Shown: piece after piece, positions 24,890-37,149 of the stretch
How the letters are laid out: every line of letters starts with the position of its first letter
Numbering within the stretch: position 1 is the stretch's first letter
Source: Euprymna scolopes
Lineage: Eukaryota
Direction: 5' to 3' (one strand)
Length of the DNA: 64,000 nt
NCBI GenBank assembly: GCA_053919585.1
Contig: CM132784.1
Notes under the pieces: generated by a model
Seen by the model: the letters and a program-made list of their open reading frames with translations, nothing else
Told to the model about the DNA's origin: nothing
The model's database searches: none
Translations under genes and position numbers: made by a program

Positions 24890-24907
24890 TTAGCTTTATA
24901 TTATAGA
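24153..24907 (-). mobile_element. Non-autonomous Helitron
   Basis: Minus strand starts A|TCTATAATATAAAG followed by (TG)n and ends with hairpin CCCAGTCAACGACGGG then CTAG|T; inserted between A and T with no TSD; three internal ~130-bp repeats. Confidence 0.75.
24829..24888. repeat. (CA)n microsatellite inside the Helitron
   Basis: About 30 CA units. Confidence 0.95.
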
Positions 24908-26328
24908 TTTCAATAAACCACTTCGCAATAGAAATACAGAACAATAAAAGTCAAGGAAGTGATTTGCCTAGTCACCACTCCCATAGTGCTACTATGGTAA
25001 TTAGTAATTAAGTTAGCTAACTCTCTTTAGCTTGTAAGGAAACTTGCAAAATTGACAGATTTTTCGCCACATTATATAATTATATAATATATATAATTAT
25101 ATATATTATATATATAATATATATATATATATATTATATAACCATTATATAATGGTTAACTGAAATACCTTTCACTAGTTTCTTATAAGACTCTTGAAAT
25201 TACAATAGATTTTGGATAAGTTGTATTATATGCACATCTCTTCTGTCAGGTTGTATTGCCAATCTAGTTTAGTGATTAAAATATTTAGCTTTTTTTTTCC
25301 CCTCTCTGTCACCTTAATCCTGCTCATCACTTATCAAGGCCACAGTAATTTGAGAAGGTTTAGATAAAACGGTTATATGGGAAAATTGATTAATTCAATC
25401 AAATCAGTTTTACTTAGGAGACATAAGTACTTGTTGATATTGGGTTTAAATATAACTGCTGTTTCCAGGGAAGCAGTCGCATGGTAATGTGCTCCAGACT
25501 GAAAAGCTCTTTATGGGAATTTTGCTTGATATTGACCACATGAAGTAAAGGAAATCTTGTTAATAAGGTACATTCTTGTAAACCTTTATAAGGAACCAAG
25601 GAATGGAGCTGTTTACTTTCCATGAAACTAAGACTAGCTGTGTTTGAGAAAATGGGAGAGGATAAAATAAAATGATTGTTTTTGCTAATATCTTATTGTT
25701 CTATACAAATGTCTTTATATTTACAATTTCTTGACTGGTTCTTGGTGGCTATTATTGTTTTCAACATTGAATTTCCTTGATGTAACCAGTTTGAAAATGT
25801 CTTCAATAGTGCCATATGAATGACTCAAAATTTACTACAAATCTGACACACACACACACACACGTTCAACATCAGATAAATAGCTAGTCATAAAAACAGT
25901 GTTGAATAAAAATGAATTGCTAAATCTCTAAACGTCCAATTCTAATTTTGTACTATTTTGAACCTTAAATAAATGGATATTAAAAATGGCTGTTCTTTAT
26001 TTTCAGAAAATGCCAAAAAAGAATTAGTTTTGTAGGTTTTATGTAATTATTTTTAGCTCGACAAACTGTTAGATTATCATTTTAAAGCATTCATTACCAG
26101 ATTTCTTTTTACATTTTGGATATTATGTGAAGTTCCTAAAAAAAAAAACTACATAACATCCAGTTTTGTATTTCTCAATCGAATATTGGGATTCGAAATT
26201 GAATGTTAATATTAACATGTGGTTTTGCTGATTTTCTGTGGGCAATTTTTAAAAACTACTTCCATCAGATTTATACTCTTTTGCCCAAGTTTAAAGTTTT
26301 TTTTTGTTTTTGTTTTTTTTTTCTTCAG

Positions 26329-26420
26329 ATATGAGTGACAGTTTACATCAAAGCTATGACAACAGTAGTTATAATACTGATGATCCTTTCAATAGAATAA
26401 CTGAACTCTGTGCCCAACAG
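26329..26420 (+). CDS. PPP4R1: PPP4R1 exon: (Y)MSDSLHQSYDNSSYNTDDPFNRITELCAQQ
   Basis: Long polypyrimidine tract plus cag and gtttgt donor; phase 1 to 0 exactly bridges the neighbouring exons. Confidence 0.82.
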
Positions 26421-27090
26421 GTTTGTTGTCTTTAAGGATTTTAATGTCTCTTGATGGATTTGCTTTTTATGGGATTGCTAATTTGATTTTCAAAGATGAA
26501 AGGAGCTTGATTTAACAAAACTAAAAGGTGTAATGTGCAAACTGATCTTATTTTAAATGTCTCTGTACTCCTTTATTTTTATCAATTTTATTGGCAAATA
26601 CAGCATTCCATATAAACCTGGAATGTATTGCATCTATAGATTATAGTGGATTTTAAACCCAGCTTTTTTTTTTTTTTGTCTTCATTGCAAGCTCCTGGCA
26701 AGCTGTTCCAGTTAGCAAAAAAAATTGCTGAAGGGTACTATAAAAGTAATAACACAAGTGAATAGGAAATTTTTGATACTATACATACAAAGTAAATATC
26801 AAGTTTGCCAAATTAAAAAAAAAAAAAAAAAAAAAAATATCTATATCCTTCGAAAGTTGTTTTAAAAATGTGTGAATACCATGATGAAAAGGTTTATTTG
26901 AATTTAGGGTGAGGAATTGCACATGTAAACTTAAAGCCATTCTAACTTTTTTAGGGCAATCAACTAATTATAGCTGGTACTCTTATAAACTGCCCTTCAG
27001 CATTGATCAATTGAAGAGGGATGACTGGTCTAGCTTCTGAAGATAAAAAGGTACTTGGGGGAAAGCTTTTGTTTGCATTTAGTAGTTTTG

Positions 27091-27376
27091 AACTAGGATA
27101 AAATAAACAGAATATCTCCTTGTTGGTCCTCCGATTTTATCACAGAGACCTGTTTTCAGTGGCTTCCGTACGTCCATTAGTCTGGACTATTGCCATATAT
27201 CCGTCCATTAGTTTTCCTGAAATTTTGCCACAAATTCTATTTTATAAAATAGATGTGTATAGTACAAAAAATTCTGTTGACCCCCCCCCCCCTCCTCCTC
27301 TAAATTCCCCAAATGACTAAAAATGACACCTTTTGTCCCATAACTTTTGATCGGTCCATTAGAAGTTTTCTTTGAA

Positions 27377-27414
<38 letters not shown>

Positions 27415-27741
27415 AACTTTAACTAGTGGTTTTTCAGTTTTCAACTCCAATATACATGTGTTAATGCCTGAAACTGCACCGTTATTTACACTGAGATTCA
27501 GCATCCCCAGGGGCTCAAAAGAGGTCAAAAATTACACTTTTTGCCCCATAGCATTTGATCCATCCATTAGATTTTCCTGAAACTTGGCCAAAATGTAGAC
27601 CATTGTTCTTAATAGAAATTCAGTATTAGTGACCCTGACAAAATTCTAAGCCTTTTAAAAGGCTAAAAAACTTATGTATGTCTATATAGTAGTTTTAAAT
27701 GGTGCTGAATTCAAATTCTTAAGTCGTGAAACTGCATTGCG

Positions 27742-27773
<32 letters not shown>

Positions 27774-27993
27774 CCTTCACTGGGATTCAGTGGTCTCGGG
27801 TGCTCAAAAGGGTTCACAAATGCCCCCAAATTGCAAAAGATGACACTTTACCCCCCATAACTTTTGCCCCATCCATTAGATTTTTCTGAATCTTGGTGAA
27901 AATGTGAAGGCAAGGTTGGCCCTTCACACTTCTCACATTCATCATTTCTTCACATGCAGCACAAAAGGGGAACCAAGCACACGCGGCTTGTTT
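27091..27993. mobile_element. Non-autonomous interspersed repeat (Helentron/DINE-1-like ends)
   Basis: Internal repeats ccatccattagattttcctgaa; 3' end tcacatgcagcac...cacgcggcttgttt recurs at 29640-29686. Confidence 0.45.
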
Positions 27994-28846
27994 ATACATT
28001 CAAAATTAATATGAAAAGTTTGTTCTACCATTTCACTAATCTCTTGAAAGGTATGAATCCATATACGCTCTCTCTCAGCTATGGATTGAATAGTTGGGTA
28101 AACGTAACGCTTTAGCCTTAATTGTGCAATAAGTTTTAAAACTCCATAACAAAATTTTTGTATTGTTAGTTTCACTTTTATATAGACCCAAAAGTGCATG
28201 TGGCTTAGCTAGCTTATACAGTTTTAGTTCAGTTGCCGTTTATAATACACAAGTATGGGGGAAACATTAGTATTTAGTCTAGGAGAATGGAAGTCAAATA
28301 GTGAATAGATCAGTTACTTAGGAATGGGTCTAAATTAAGAACCCTATGAGGAAAAATGAGGTGTAAGTGGGGAACAGTGGGAGTACTTAGTGAATAGCGG
28401 GTGAAATGGGAATCATTTCCTTGGTAGGTTATGTCGCTTGTAGGATTAAATCTAATGTTTTAAGATTATGAATTTGTCTAAAATGTCATTCTATAGTTAA
28501 ATAAGGTAATGGCTAATAGTGTAAACATAAATTTTTATGTGCCATCTGTTGTAAACCTATAGTATTTTGGTCCAGAGGGGAAAAAAACTGTGCCTCTTTT
28601 ATATCAGTTATTTGTTTAGTTTTGTATTATAGCTTATGACAATTGGTGAGTTCAGTTTCCAGTGCTCCACATGAAGAGGTGTCATTTACAAGTAAAGATT
28701 TTTTTCTAGTCATATATTTTTATGATTAAATACAATTGTTTACAAACTGAACATTTTCTTCAAGGGAAGTAACTCTTTTCTACACTTGTATACTTTCATG
28801 AAAATCTAAAAAAAAAAATTAACAAATTTTTTATTTTTTTCCTCAG

Positions 28847-29032
28847 GAAATAGTGCCTCCTAGATTGCTTGAAAATTTTCTTACCATGGTCGATCCTGCA
28901 TTATCCCAGTCTGTGGATTCAGATATAACTCGTCATTGTGCCTACAATTTCCCTGCGGTAGCCTATACCCTCGGGCGGCATAATTGGCATTGCCTCAAAT
29001 CGCTGTTTGAAACTCTGGCTGCTGATATGCAA
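28847..29032 (+). CDS. PPP4R1: PPP4R1 exon: EIVPPRLLENFLTMVDP...HCAYNFPAVAYTLGRHNWHCLKSLFETLAADMQ
   Basis: ctcag/gtgagt; 186 nt; HCAY..PAVA.TLGR.NW motif. Confidence 0.96.
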
Positions 29033-30036
29033 GTGAGTGTAAGCATCACACCTGTAATACCAGCTTCATTAATCAGTTATTGGGGAGGGGATATTGCATA
29101 AGTTTCAATTTCTCAATTCTTTTTTTTTTTTTTCTTAGCATGTCCTGCAATTATGGTACCTTGGTGTGGAGTGAGATGAAACTGATCGTGAAACTAAGAT
29201 TAAGATAATAGTCTGCACTAAATAAAATTAATACTTATCTCAATGAATTCGAATTAAATAAAAGGTTTTTTTGTTTTAAATAAATTTGGATTGTTTATTT
29301 TAAAATAAAAATCCACTGGACCACGACGTTAATTACAAAATCATGGAAATTTTTTTATTTAAACTAATTTAAAAAAATGCTTGAAAGTTGTTAGTTTTAA
29401 TATTCACCGAAAATAAAAACGAAGTTCGCATCCAGGGAAATAAACCGGTTTATAAAAAAATAAAATCAATGTTCATGAAAATAAATGTATCAATATAAAT
29501 AAAATTTAAATAAACTTAAATAGAACGCTTCAAACAATTCTCTCACTATTTAAATAAAATTGATTTTTCCATAATGTAATATGCAAATGATGTCACCTCT
29601 GCTTTGTATATTTTGCAAAGAATTCTTGTGTGTGTGTGTGTTCTCACATGCAGCACCAGAGAAACCATGCACGTGCAGCTTGTTTATCTTGAAAGCAGCT
29701 ATAATTTAGTTCCTTAAATCCTATTTTATGGATCTAATTGATAGTAAATTCGTAAGAAAATTTCAATGCCATTTTACGATTTGGTAAAAAATTTAATCTT
29801 AACTTCTATACAATGTGAGTATTTACTTGTATATGATTTTTGGAAAAGACTTGCGTTTTAATACTTAATGCTATTATTACATTGCTCGAAAAGTTGTCAT
29901 AATTTTGATACATGCTTGTATAAAATAAAAACTGCATAGGTGCAAAAAAATCTTTGGCGCTTAAACTATGCTGAAAAAGTCGCTATGTTGTAAAACAAAA
30001 ACCAACCAAGCCATTTTTTTTTTTTTTTTTTTTTAG

Positions 30037-30198
30037 TGGAAAGTTCGTCGAACCCTGGCATTCTCCATCCATGAACTTGCTGTTATTCTTGGCGAGGACA
30101 TCACTCACAAAGACCTTGTTCCAGTTTTTGACGGATTCCTCAAAGACCTTGACGAAGTTCGAATAGGTGTTTTAAAACATTTTATGGAATTCCTAAAG
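30037..30198 (+). CDS. PPP4R1: PPP4R1 exon: WKVRRTLAFSIHELAVILGEDITHKDLVPVFDGFLKDLDEVRIGVLKHFMEFLK
   Basis: ttttag/gtaagt; 162 nt; very close to the recalled PPP4R1 sequence. Confidence 0.97.
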
Positions 30199-31627
30199 GT
30201 AAGTCGTGAAACTTATAAGGACAGTTGCTGAATTCAGGTCTGGAGCATTACGTAAATGCTCCAGCTCTGACCTAAAATTTTTCTATGACTAAATATTTAC
30301 ATGGAGTTGGCTATATAAAAATCTGAAAGGATCCTGTAAAATCTTATGCAACCTAAGGATGGCAGTAAATTTTTTTTTATATATAAAGGATTCATTGCAA
30401 TAAAACTAGTCAAATGTGGGTTGTTTTAAACCCCTGTCCCTCCCTCCCTCCCCTTATTCTGCCTCTACCTTGTAACTGAACAATTTAGTTCAAAAACCTT
30501 GCGAACATTATTTTGCAACAAAGATTCGCATTGAAACTTCATTCTCACCAAAACATCAAAAGCAGTTGTTGGCCAACTGTTCTTTTCGAATGTTTTTAAA
30601 ATTGATCTATTCTAATTATTTGTTTATACTATTTTGTGTTGTGGTTGGGACAATTAATGTGAATCTGAAAAATGCAAGCCTAATTTCAGATTCCAAAAAT
30701 GATTTTTGACAAATCAAACTAAAAATTTTTTTAGTTATTCCACTTAGACTTAAGGGCCACAAAAACGTAAGTTATAAATCTCACTTTATTGACACTCTAA
30801 TTTTTTTTTTTATTGGTCAATTATGGTAAACCAAGTAAATATTCTAGAGTTTACTTGCCTTTACAAACTCAGATGCCATATAAATTTAATATGGTCCCAC
30901 TACTAGTTAATGTCTGTAGGTTTTGCAAATAGTATGTCACTTTCCTTTGTTATCACAAATTATAATTCCTAGGAGTTACTCTCATAAACAGGTCTTCACA
31001 AATGATGGCCACGATAATTATTTACCTCGCTCCTTCTCGACGAGACCCATGTTAATACATTTGCTACATCTCTTCCTGTTCTGTTTGCTTCTGCAAATAC
31101 ATATCAACGACCAGTCTGAGGTAAACAGTGATGACATTCCTTTATACACTTCATTCTATACATAGCCTTTGTTTAGTTGTCTATAAAAAGGGTGGGGCAT
31201 GAACAGAAAACCATTGTTTTGACACTTTCTATGGAGGCCCAGATGAACATGAATATACTTTTTCTATTTCTGCTTGCTTACGTTCATAAAACGCAAGTGA
31301 CTTTGTACAGATTTCAGATCTTAGAAATCTGCTCAAGTGACTTTGACAATTAGCTTCAAACACATTGACAACACAAACTCTTTAGAATTTTCCTAGTTCA
31401 ATCCACTCTTCAGTTTCAGTATCTTTTGCTCATACGCTTTTATATAATTAATAATCTATAAATTAAAACTGGCAGACATTTAGATTCAAGCCAAATCTTA
31501 AACTGTAACGAGTTTTTCATTCAGATCTGCTATTAGCCCCCTCCTTTTTTTTTTTTTTTTGTCTGTCTCTCAAATGAAACTTAAATTTTTTTTCATACAT
31601 TTTCCACTAATTATTTAAATGAAAGGA

Positions 31628-32110
31628 CTAGCAGGTGGCCCGGCCCAAGGTTGCCCAGTTGAAAAATATTCAAATATATTTTAATCCATGCAGATTTCAT
31701 ATTTGTTATTATAGACCAAATTCTCAATTATATTGTATCCAATATATAGTGATTTCAAAGTTAAAAAAAACTTGTGCTATCAGCTATCGACACAAAACCT
31801 AGCTCTCCAACCTTATTCGTTAAATCACTACGTATACAAAAACTTTAAACTAATTAAGTTTGACCTATAACTTTTAATAAATGCATGCACAGAAAATGTA
31901 ACTGACTCGCACAGGTGAACGTCAATGTTTTTACTTCCCCCCCCCCCCCCCCAGCAACTATTTTAGCGGCTAAAACCTAAAATGAAAGTGTGCTATAGGT
32001 CCAAATACTCTGTCAAATTTCAACTCTGTAGACCAAATATTCAGGTAGGAGTTTGGGAGAAGACTTTTACATATATACAAGGTTATATATATATATATAT
32101 ATATATATAT
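31628..32110 (-). mobile_element. Probable non-autonomous Helitron remnant
   Basis: CTAG with adjacent GC-rich hairpin-like segment at the left end and (TA)n at the right end; same layout as the 24153-24907 element. Confidence 0.45.
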
Positions 32111-32186
32111 CTCCAGGCTTGAGATATTCAAAAGCAGAAACTAATGGACTCAACAAGGTTGTTAGATAGTGTTCGATAACACGAGA

Positions 32187-32392
32187 AAAAGATTTTGTAT
32201 GCAAAGGTAGTTACATTTGGTTGCTACAAGCAGCCATCTGTTTCAGTCGGTGAGACTTCGTCAGGCGACCTTGGACCATTCGATGTTATAGAAAGTCTTT
32301 TTTTGTGTTGAATAGTTCAGTTGCCTTTCAGTCTCATTGACTGAAACAGATGACCAAATGTAACTATATCTGTGTGCTAGAACCTTTTCATC
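32187..32392. repeat. Inverted repeat with ~60-bp arms, possibly Penelope-like terminal sequence
   Basis: tagttacatttgg..catctgtttcagtcggtgagac pairs with gtctcattgactgaaacagatgaccaaatgtaacta. Confidence 0.65.
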
Positions 32393-32968
32393 TTACTTTC
32401 GATAAGTGTAGAATTTATGCATAAATAGAATTCAGCATAATGAAACCAGTCTAAGAAATCATAAAATATGTAATTAACACTTTAAGAATATGCAAATTAA
32501 CCTTGATATAATTGCTTACAGATTCATGACTGAATATATTAAGTTTGCTTTCCTCGTTTTTAAATAGAAAAATAGGCTTTTAATATCAATGTCGGTGAGA
32601 CAAAAAAAAAAACTCCACTTTATAGGTATATACTTGATTTTACAACTACTGTCCTGACCACTTTAAATTGATTATTTCTCCTTATCTAATAGCATAAAAA
32701 CCGAGCAGCACCTTGATGTTAAAAATTTTCTTGAAACAAATTTTCATATTAGATCCATTCAATTAAAAAGGTTAAACCTCCCTGGTTTAGCAAATTAAAT
32801 TTACAAGGCAACCCTTTGTGCTAGACAAGATCTTATACACCCAGAGCTACTGTTCTATGAGCCGCTCCTATTGATATTAGTTAACATTGATTCCTATTGC
32901 TTGTCATTTTTCTTTTTTCTGTTAACTTGATTTACCAGGTTTTAACAATTTGCTCATGTACAGAAGAC

Positions 32969-33028
32969 GATAGATATAGATATATAGATAGAGATATAGG
33001 TAGATATAGAGGTAGATAGGTAGATAGA
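32969..33028. repeat. Degenerate (AGAT)n/(AGGT)n microsatellite
   Basis: Direct observation. Confidence 0.8.
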
Positions 33029-33655
33029 TTAAAAAACACTGTTCCTTTAAGCAATGAATGTTTGTAAAGATAGGAGTCTGTTTTGTTAACAAATTTTAAG
33101 AACCATGATTGAAATATTATCAGAACCTGTTGCCTTTCTGCTGGCATCCAAGTTTTTGGCAATGTTCCTGACTGATCTATGAATCAATATTTTAAATCCT
33201 GGAAAATTCAAAATGTGTTGATCAAGATAGTTCTGAGACTTCTAGATAATCTTACAGAAAAGCTAGCAATGCCTGCAAGAGAGCAATTTCTGAAACTAAG
33301 TCTAGCTATTCTCCAAAGATTTGTGACTCAAAAGATTTTTTTTTTAATTAATAGTGGCAAATCTACTATTCCTTTGTTTATTTCAATGTCCTTTCATCTT
33401 TAAGGTTGTCTTTTTGCTGACAATTCTAACAATGATTCTGGTGCTGTTCTGGATTTTCCTTCCAAAACTTTTTTTCTTTAGAAAGCTCCATAGCAGTAAT
33501 TAACCAATCGGGTGACGTAGGACAGTTTCTTAGAATAAAATGCAGCAGAATTTTGCAGTCCTTAAATTATCTATATTCTGCAATGGAAAGGCACATTGGG
33601 AACTTTAGTTTAATATTCATTTTACCACTTTATAACCTTATCCATTCCACTTTAA

Positions 33656-33689
<34 letters not shown>

Positions 33690-33692
33690 CAG

Positions 33693-33793
33693 CTGTTAAA
33701 GCCTTCTGTGAGGAATGAATACTTGCCAAAAGTTCAGAACTTTCTTACAACAGACAACCATAGAAACTGGCGTTTCCGCTTGGAGTTGGCAGA
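33693..33793 (+). CDS. PPP4R1: PPP4R1 exon: LLKPSVRNEYLPKVQNFLTTDNHRNWRFRLELA(E)
   Basis: Poly(T)-cag/gtaagt; TDN.RNWRFR.ELAE motif; ends phase 2. Confidence 0.96.
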
Positions 33794-34298
33794 GTAAGTT
33801 AACTACTCTTCTAATGTTAGAAAAAATGCAATGTCATCTTGGTGAAGTTATTTTGCTAATTTTTTAAAGTTTGGATAAATGTTAAACTATAGCTTTGAAA
33901 TAGCTAAAGAAAAACATGTCTAAAGCTTGCTGATTATAAACAATTCAAGAACAAAATGTTATCTTAGAAATTTAATTTTTTAAAAATAAAAATATTTACT
34001 TAATTGGAAAGAATAACTTTATAGGAACTGCCCAAAAGAATCACCAGGCTTTTGTAAGTTACAAATAAATCGAATTTGTCAAATTCTGGAATAGAAATCT
34101 CATTTAAAGATTTTTCAAAATGTAAATGAAAAATTAAGTGCAATATTGTTTGCTATTAAAACAAAAATAGCAAATACAAATTGTTATATTGCTCATGATC
34201 TGTGTGGGAGGAGGCGTGGTGACATCACTGTTTTTAACTGCTGCATGCATGCTTTTGATTTCCTAATTAAATTTTATATATTCATTCTCCCTACAAGA

Positions 34299-34946
34299 CT
34301 AGTTAAAATAAAGTGTCCCTGAGGTGGATTTGAGCCACTAAGTGCTGAGAGGGGGAAAATAAACAAAGAAATCGGAAATATCCTACAATCAACAATAATA
34401 GAAACCTACTGATAAAACGCAAGGGCAGCTTCCGGTAGCCAGGGTGGGGTGGGTGACCTGATATACCGAGATAGTTGACCTCTATATGCCCGTCGCGGCG
34501 GATGGAAGTTGGGCAGTGACAGTTGAGATCTAGATGTGCTCGAGGGCGGATGGAGGTTGGACAGCGACGGTTGACAACTAGATGCGCTAGATGTCGTATG
34601 GGAGTTGATAACGACTAGTTTGACATTTAGAGTTGATCGTGAAACAGACAAATGTAACATCGATAGAACAGGGAAGACACACACACACAAGTCTGTTCAA
34701 TTTATGTGAACATTGGCATTTGTGTGTGTGTGTTTTTTTTTTCTTTTTTTTTTTTTTTTTTGTGAACCACGTGTACTCTCATCAACAATCGCCAACAGGG
34801 AAAAGGACGATCCAGCTATAAGACGAATAGAGAATAGTCAGACGAAAAATCCACGATACATGTTGAGTCTGCATTTTGTCAGGGAGACACACGTCGGGTT
34901 ACACTGGTTAGAAAAGGAAAACCCCACTTGCTTTTTTATAATTAGT
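34299..34946. mobile_element. MITE-like insertion with imperfect inverted termini and an internal ~49-bp tandem repeat
   Basis: actagttaaaataaagtg ... cacttgcttttttataattagt; GC/CpG-richer than the flanks; ggcggatggaRgttggRcagYgacRgttga occurs twice. Confidence 0.45.
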
Positions 34947-35212
34947 AAAGTGAACACTGGTTTTGATTTCACAAATTTTTTTTTTTTTTTTTAAATTGGG
35001 TTATTTCAATTCTTCGGCTGTAAAAGCAGAATCTCATTTTAACCCTGAAAAAAAAAAAATGGATCAAAGCTTTTTTTATATATATAAACTAAGTAGCCAT
35101 ACAGGTAAACTGGCTGGAAATGCTATTCAAGGGAAGTCACTCTACACTTGGTACCGTTTCAATTTTTATCTAAATTATTATACAATTTGACTTTTTATTT
35201 ATTTTTTTTCAG

Positions 35213-35333
35213 GCGATGTGAACCACTGTGTAGTTTATTCCATGCCAAAGATAATAGTGTGTTTTTATTGCCAATTGCTTTGGCCCTGTTAAATGATAAA
35301 GTGGCTGAAGTTCGTCTTGCTGCTTGTTCACTG
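35213..35333 (+). CDS. PPP4R1: PPP4R1 exon: RCEPLCSLFHAKDNSVFLLPIALALLNDKVAEVRLAACSL
   Basis: ttcag/gtaagt; phase 2 to 0; PIAL.L..DKV..VR HEAT motif. Confidence 0.95.
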
Positions 35334-36748
35334 GTAAGTGAGCATTTTCTGTCTATAAAATTGTGACTTGTAACTTTAAAAATCAAACTTTACTTGCAAT
35401 GAATACATTTTAAATCCTATTTAAGACATGCATCTCTTGGTATTGGTTTAATTTTAACAAATGCAAAACTAATTTAGATTTTAACATTTTACAAAAGTGA
35501 TTAATTCCAATCTCAATTCTGATAAATGTCAGTGGATGAAAGACGTTTCATTTAAAAACCCTAACACTAAAAGATATGCCAGTAAGAAAGTTAAATCTCA
35601 GTTGAAATCTTTATAGATTTTTGTCTGTCGAACTGTTATATTTAATGCTCAATTCAATTTATACTATTTCAGGTTAATGTCAAATTTTCAATACCCAATT
35701 TCAAGTGGGGGTAGTATATCTTCATTCCTCATAAATCCTCCCAAAATATACAACTAGAAGAGCATATATTCACTAGTAATAAAAATTCTGTAGAGCCTAA
35801 TACCATGTAATATTATTTCTCTTAAGGAAATTCATTAAACAGGACTAAGTTCACAAGGACAATATTGAGTGCATCTTTTTGCTCAAATATATTTGAATGA
35901 TGTATCGATCAAAACTAACAGGAAATGTAGTTAAAAATAATCATAATCCAGTCTTCACAGACTTTGAAAACAAACCGATTTATTGACCTCATTAAAAACT
36001 GTCCCGCACAAAATGCTGGCTGCTGAATACCTATCGCTGTCACGTCAATCAAAAACGAGCACCTGTGTTTTTTGGGTTTTTTTTTTTTTTTTCCCCCCTC
36101 CTTTGCGTTACGGATCCAAGCCTGCTTGCCTACTACCATTTTTTTTATATTATATACACACACCTCTCAACCCTGTTATTTCCCCCCCCCCCCCCATTCC
36201 CGGCTGCTTTTATTCCCATCCTTACATCACCGCAACACACCCAGGCAATGCCAGGTACCCCTGCTAGTGTCCTAATAAATTGCAAAGATCTTCAACAAAT
36301 TCGCAAAAATATTATCAAGAAAAGTTTAAAGGACCCCTTCCACAAAGTAGACTCTAACAACCTCATAGTTTTTAAAAGCAACAAAGATATACCATATAAA
36401 CACAAGTTGTAAGACAAAGTATACAACTAACATGTATTACATTCTGATAATCCCACTACGATCTTTATTAAAAAACATAAATTCAATCTCGTCAGCATTA
36501 AATAACTCAAAAGGGTTTATATGCTGATAAAATAAATCGTCAAATCGATCAATAATTTAAACTGGAGTTATTTAAAGCAAAATTTTTTGCACGATCTTCA
36601 TATATCGTGTTTGAATGCTAAACACGTTTTGCACACTTAAAATTGTGGCTTAAATACTCTGAATGCTTTGTATCTAATTTTCCTCAGATTTTTATAAAAA
36701 CCAATATTGGATAGGTTTGTTTGTGATTCCTTGTCTCTTTGCTTTTAG

Positions 36749-36861
36749 GTTAGCACACTTTTAAAACAACTGTATGACTACCATGAACAGTCCTATCTAA
36801 ACATGGTTATGGAATTGGTCAACTGTTTTGCCACATCACCCAAATGGACAACACGGCAAGT
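36749..36861 (+). CDS. PPP4R1: PPP4R1 exon: VSTLLKQLYDYHEQSYLNMVMELVNCFATSPKWTTRQ(V)
   Basis: ttttag/gtaagt; PKW..RQ motif; ends phase 2. Confidence 0.93.
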
Positions 36862-37149
36862 GTAAGTCTTTAAAACCATTTGTCTTTCATCCTTATTTGT
36901 TCTGCAGCTGAATTAGTTTTGTCACAAGTTGTAGCTTATTTCAAAATCTGTGATTGCATTTTTTTTTTTTTTTTTTTTTTACTTGAACTGTAGTTGTACA
37001 GTGATGACTAATGCAAGGTAACTACTTGAATAATGAACTTTTTCCTTGATCAGATATAACGATCAACAAGTGTCTAAAGTGATATTTCTAAACATAATGT
37101 AACGGGTGACAATGAGGAATAGATGAGGTGTATATTAAACAAGTCCCAT

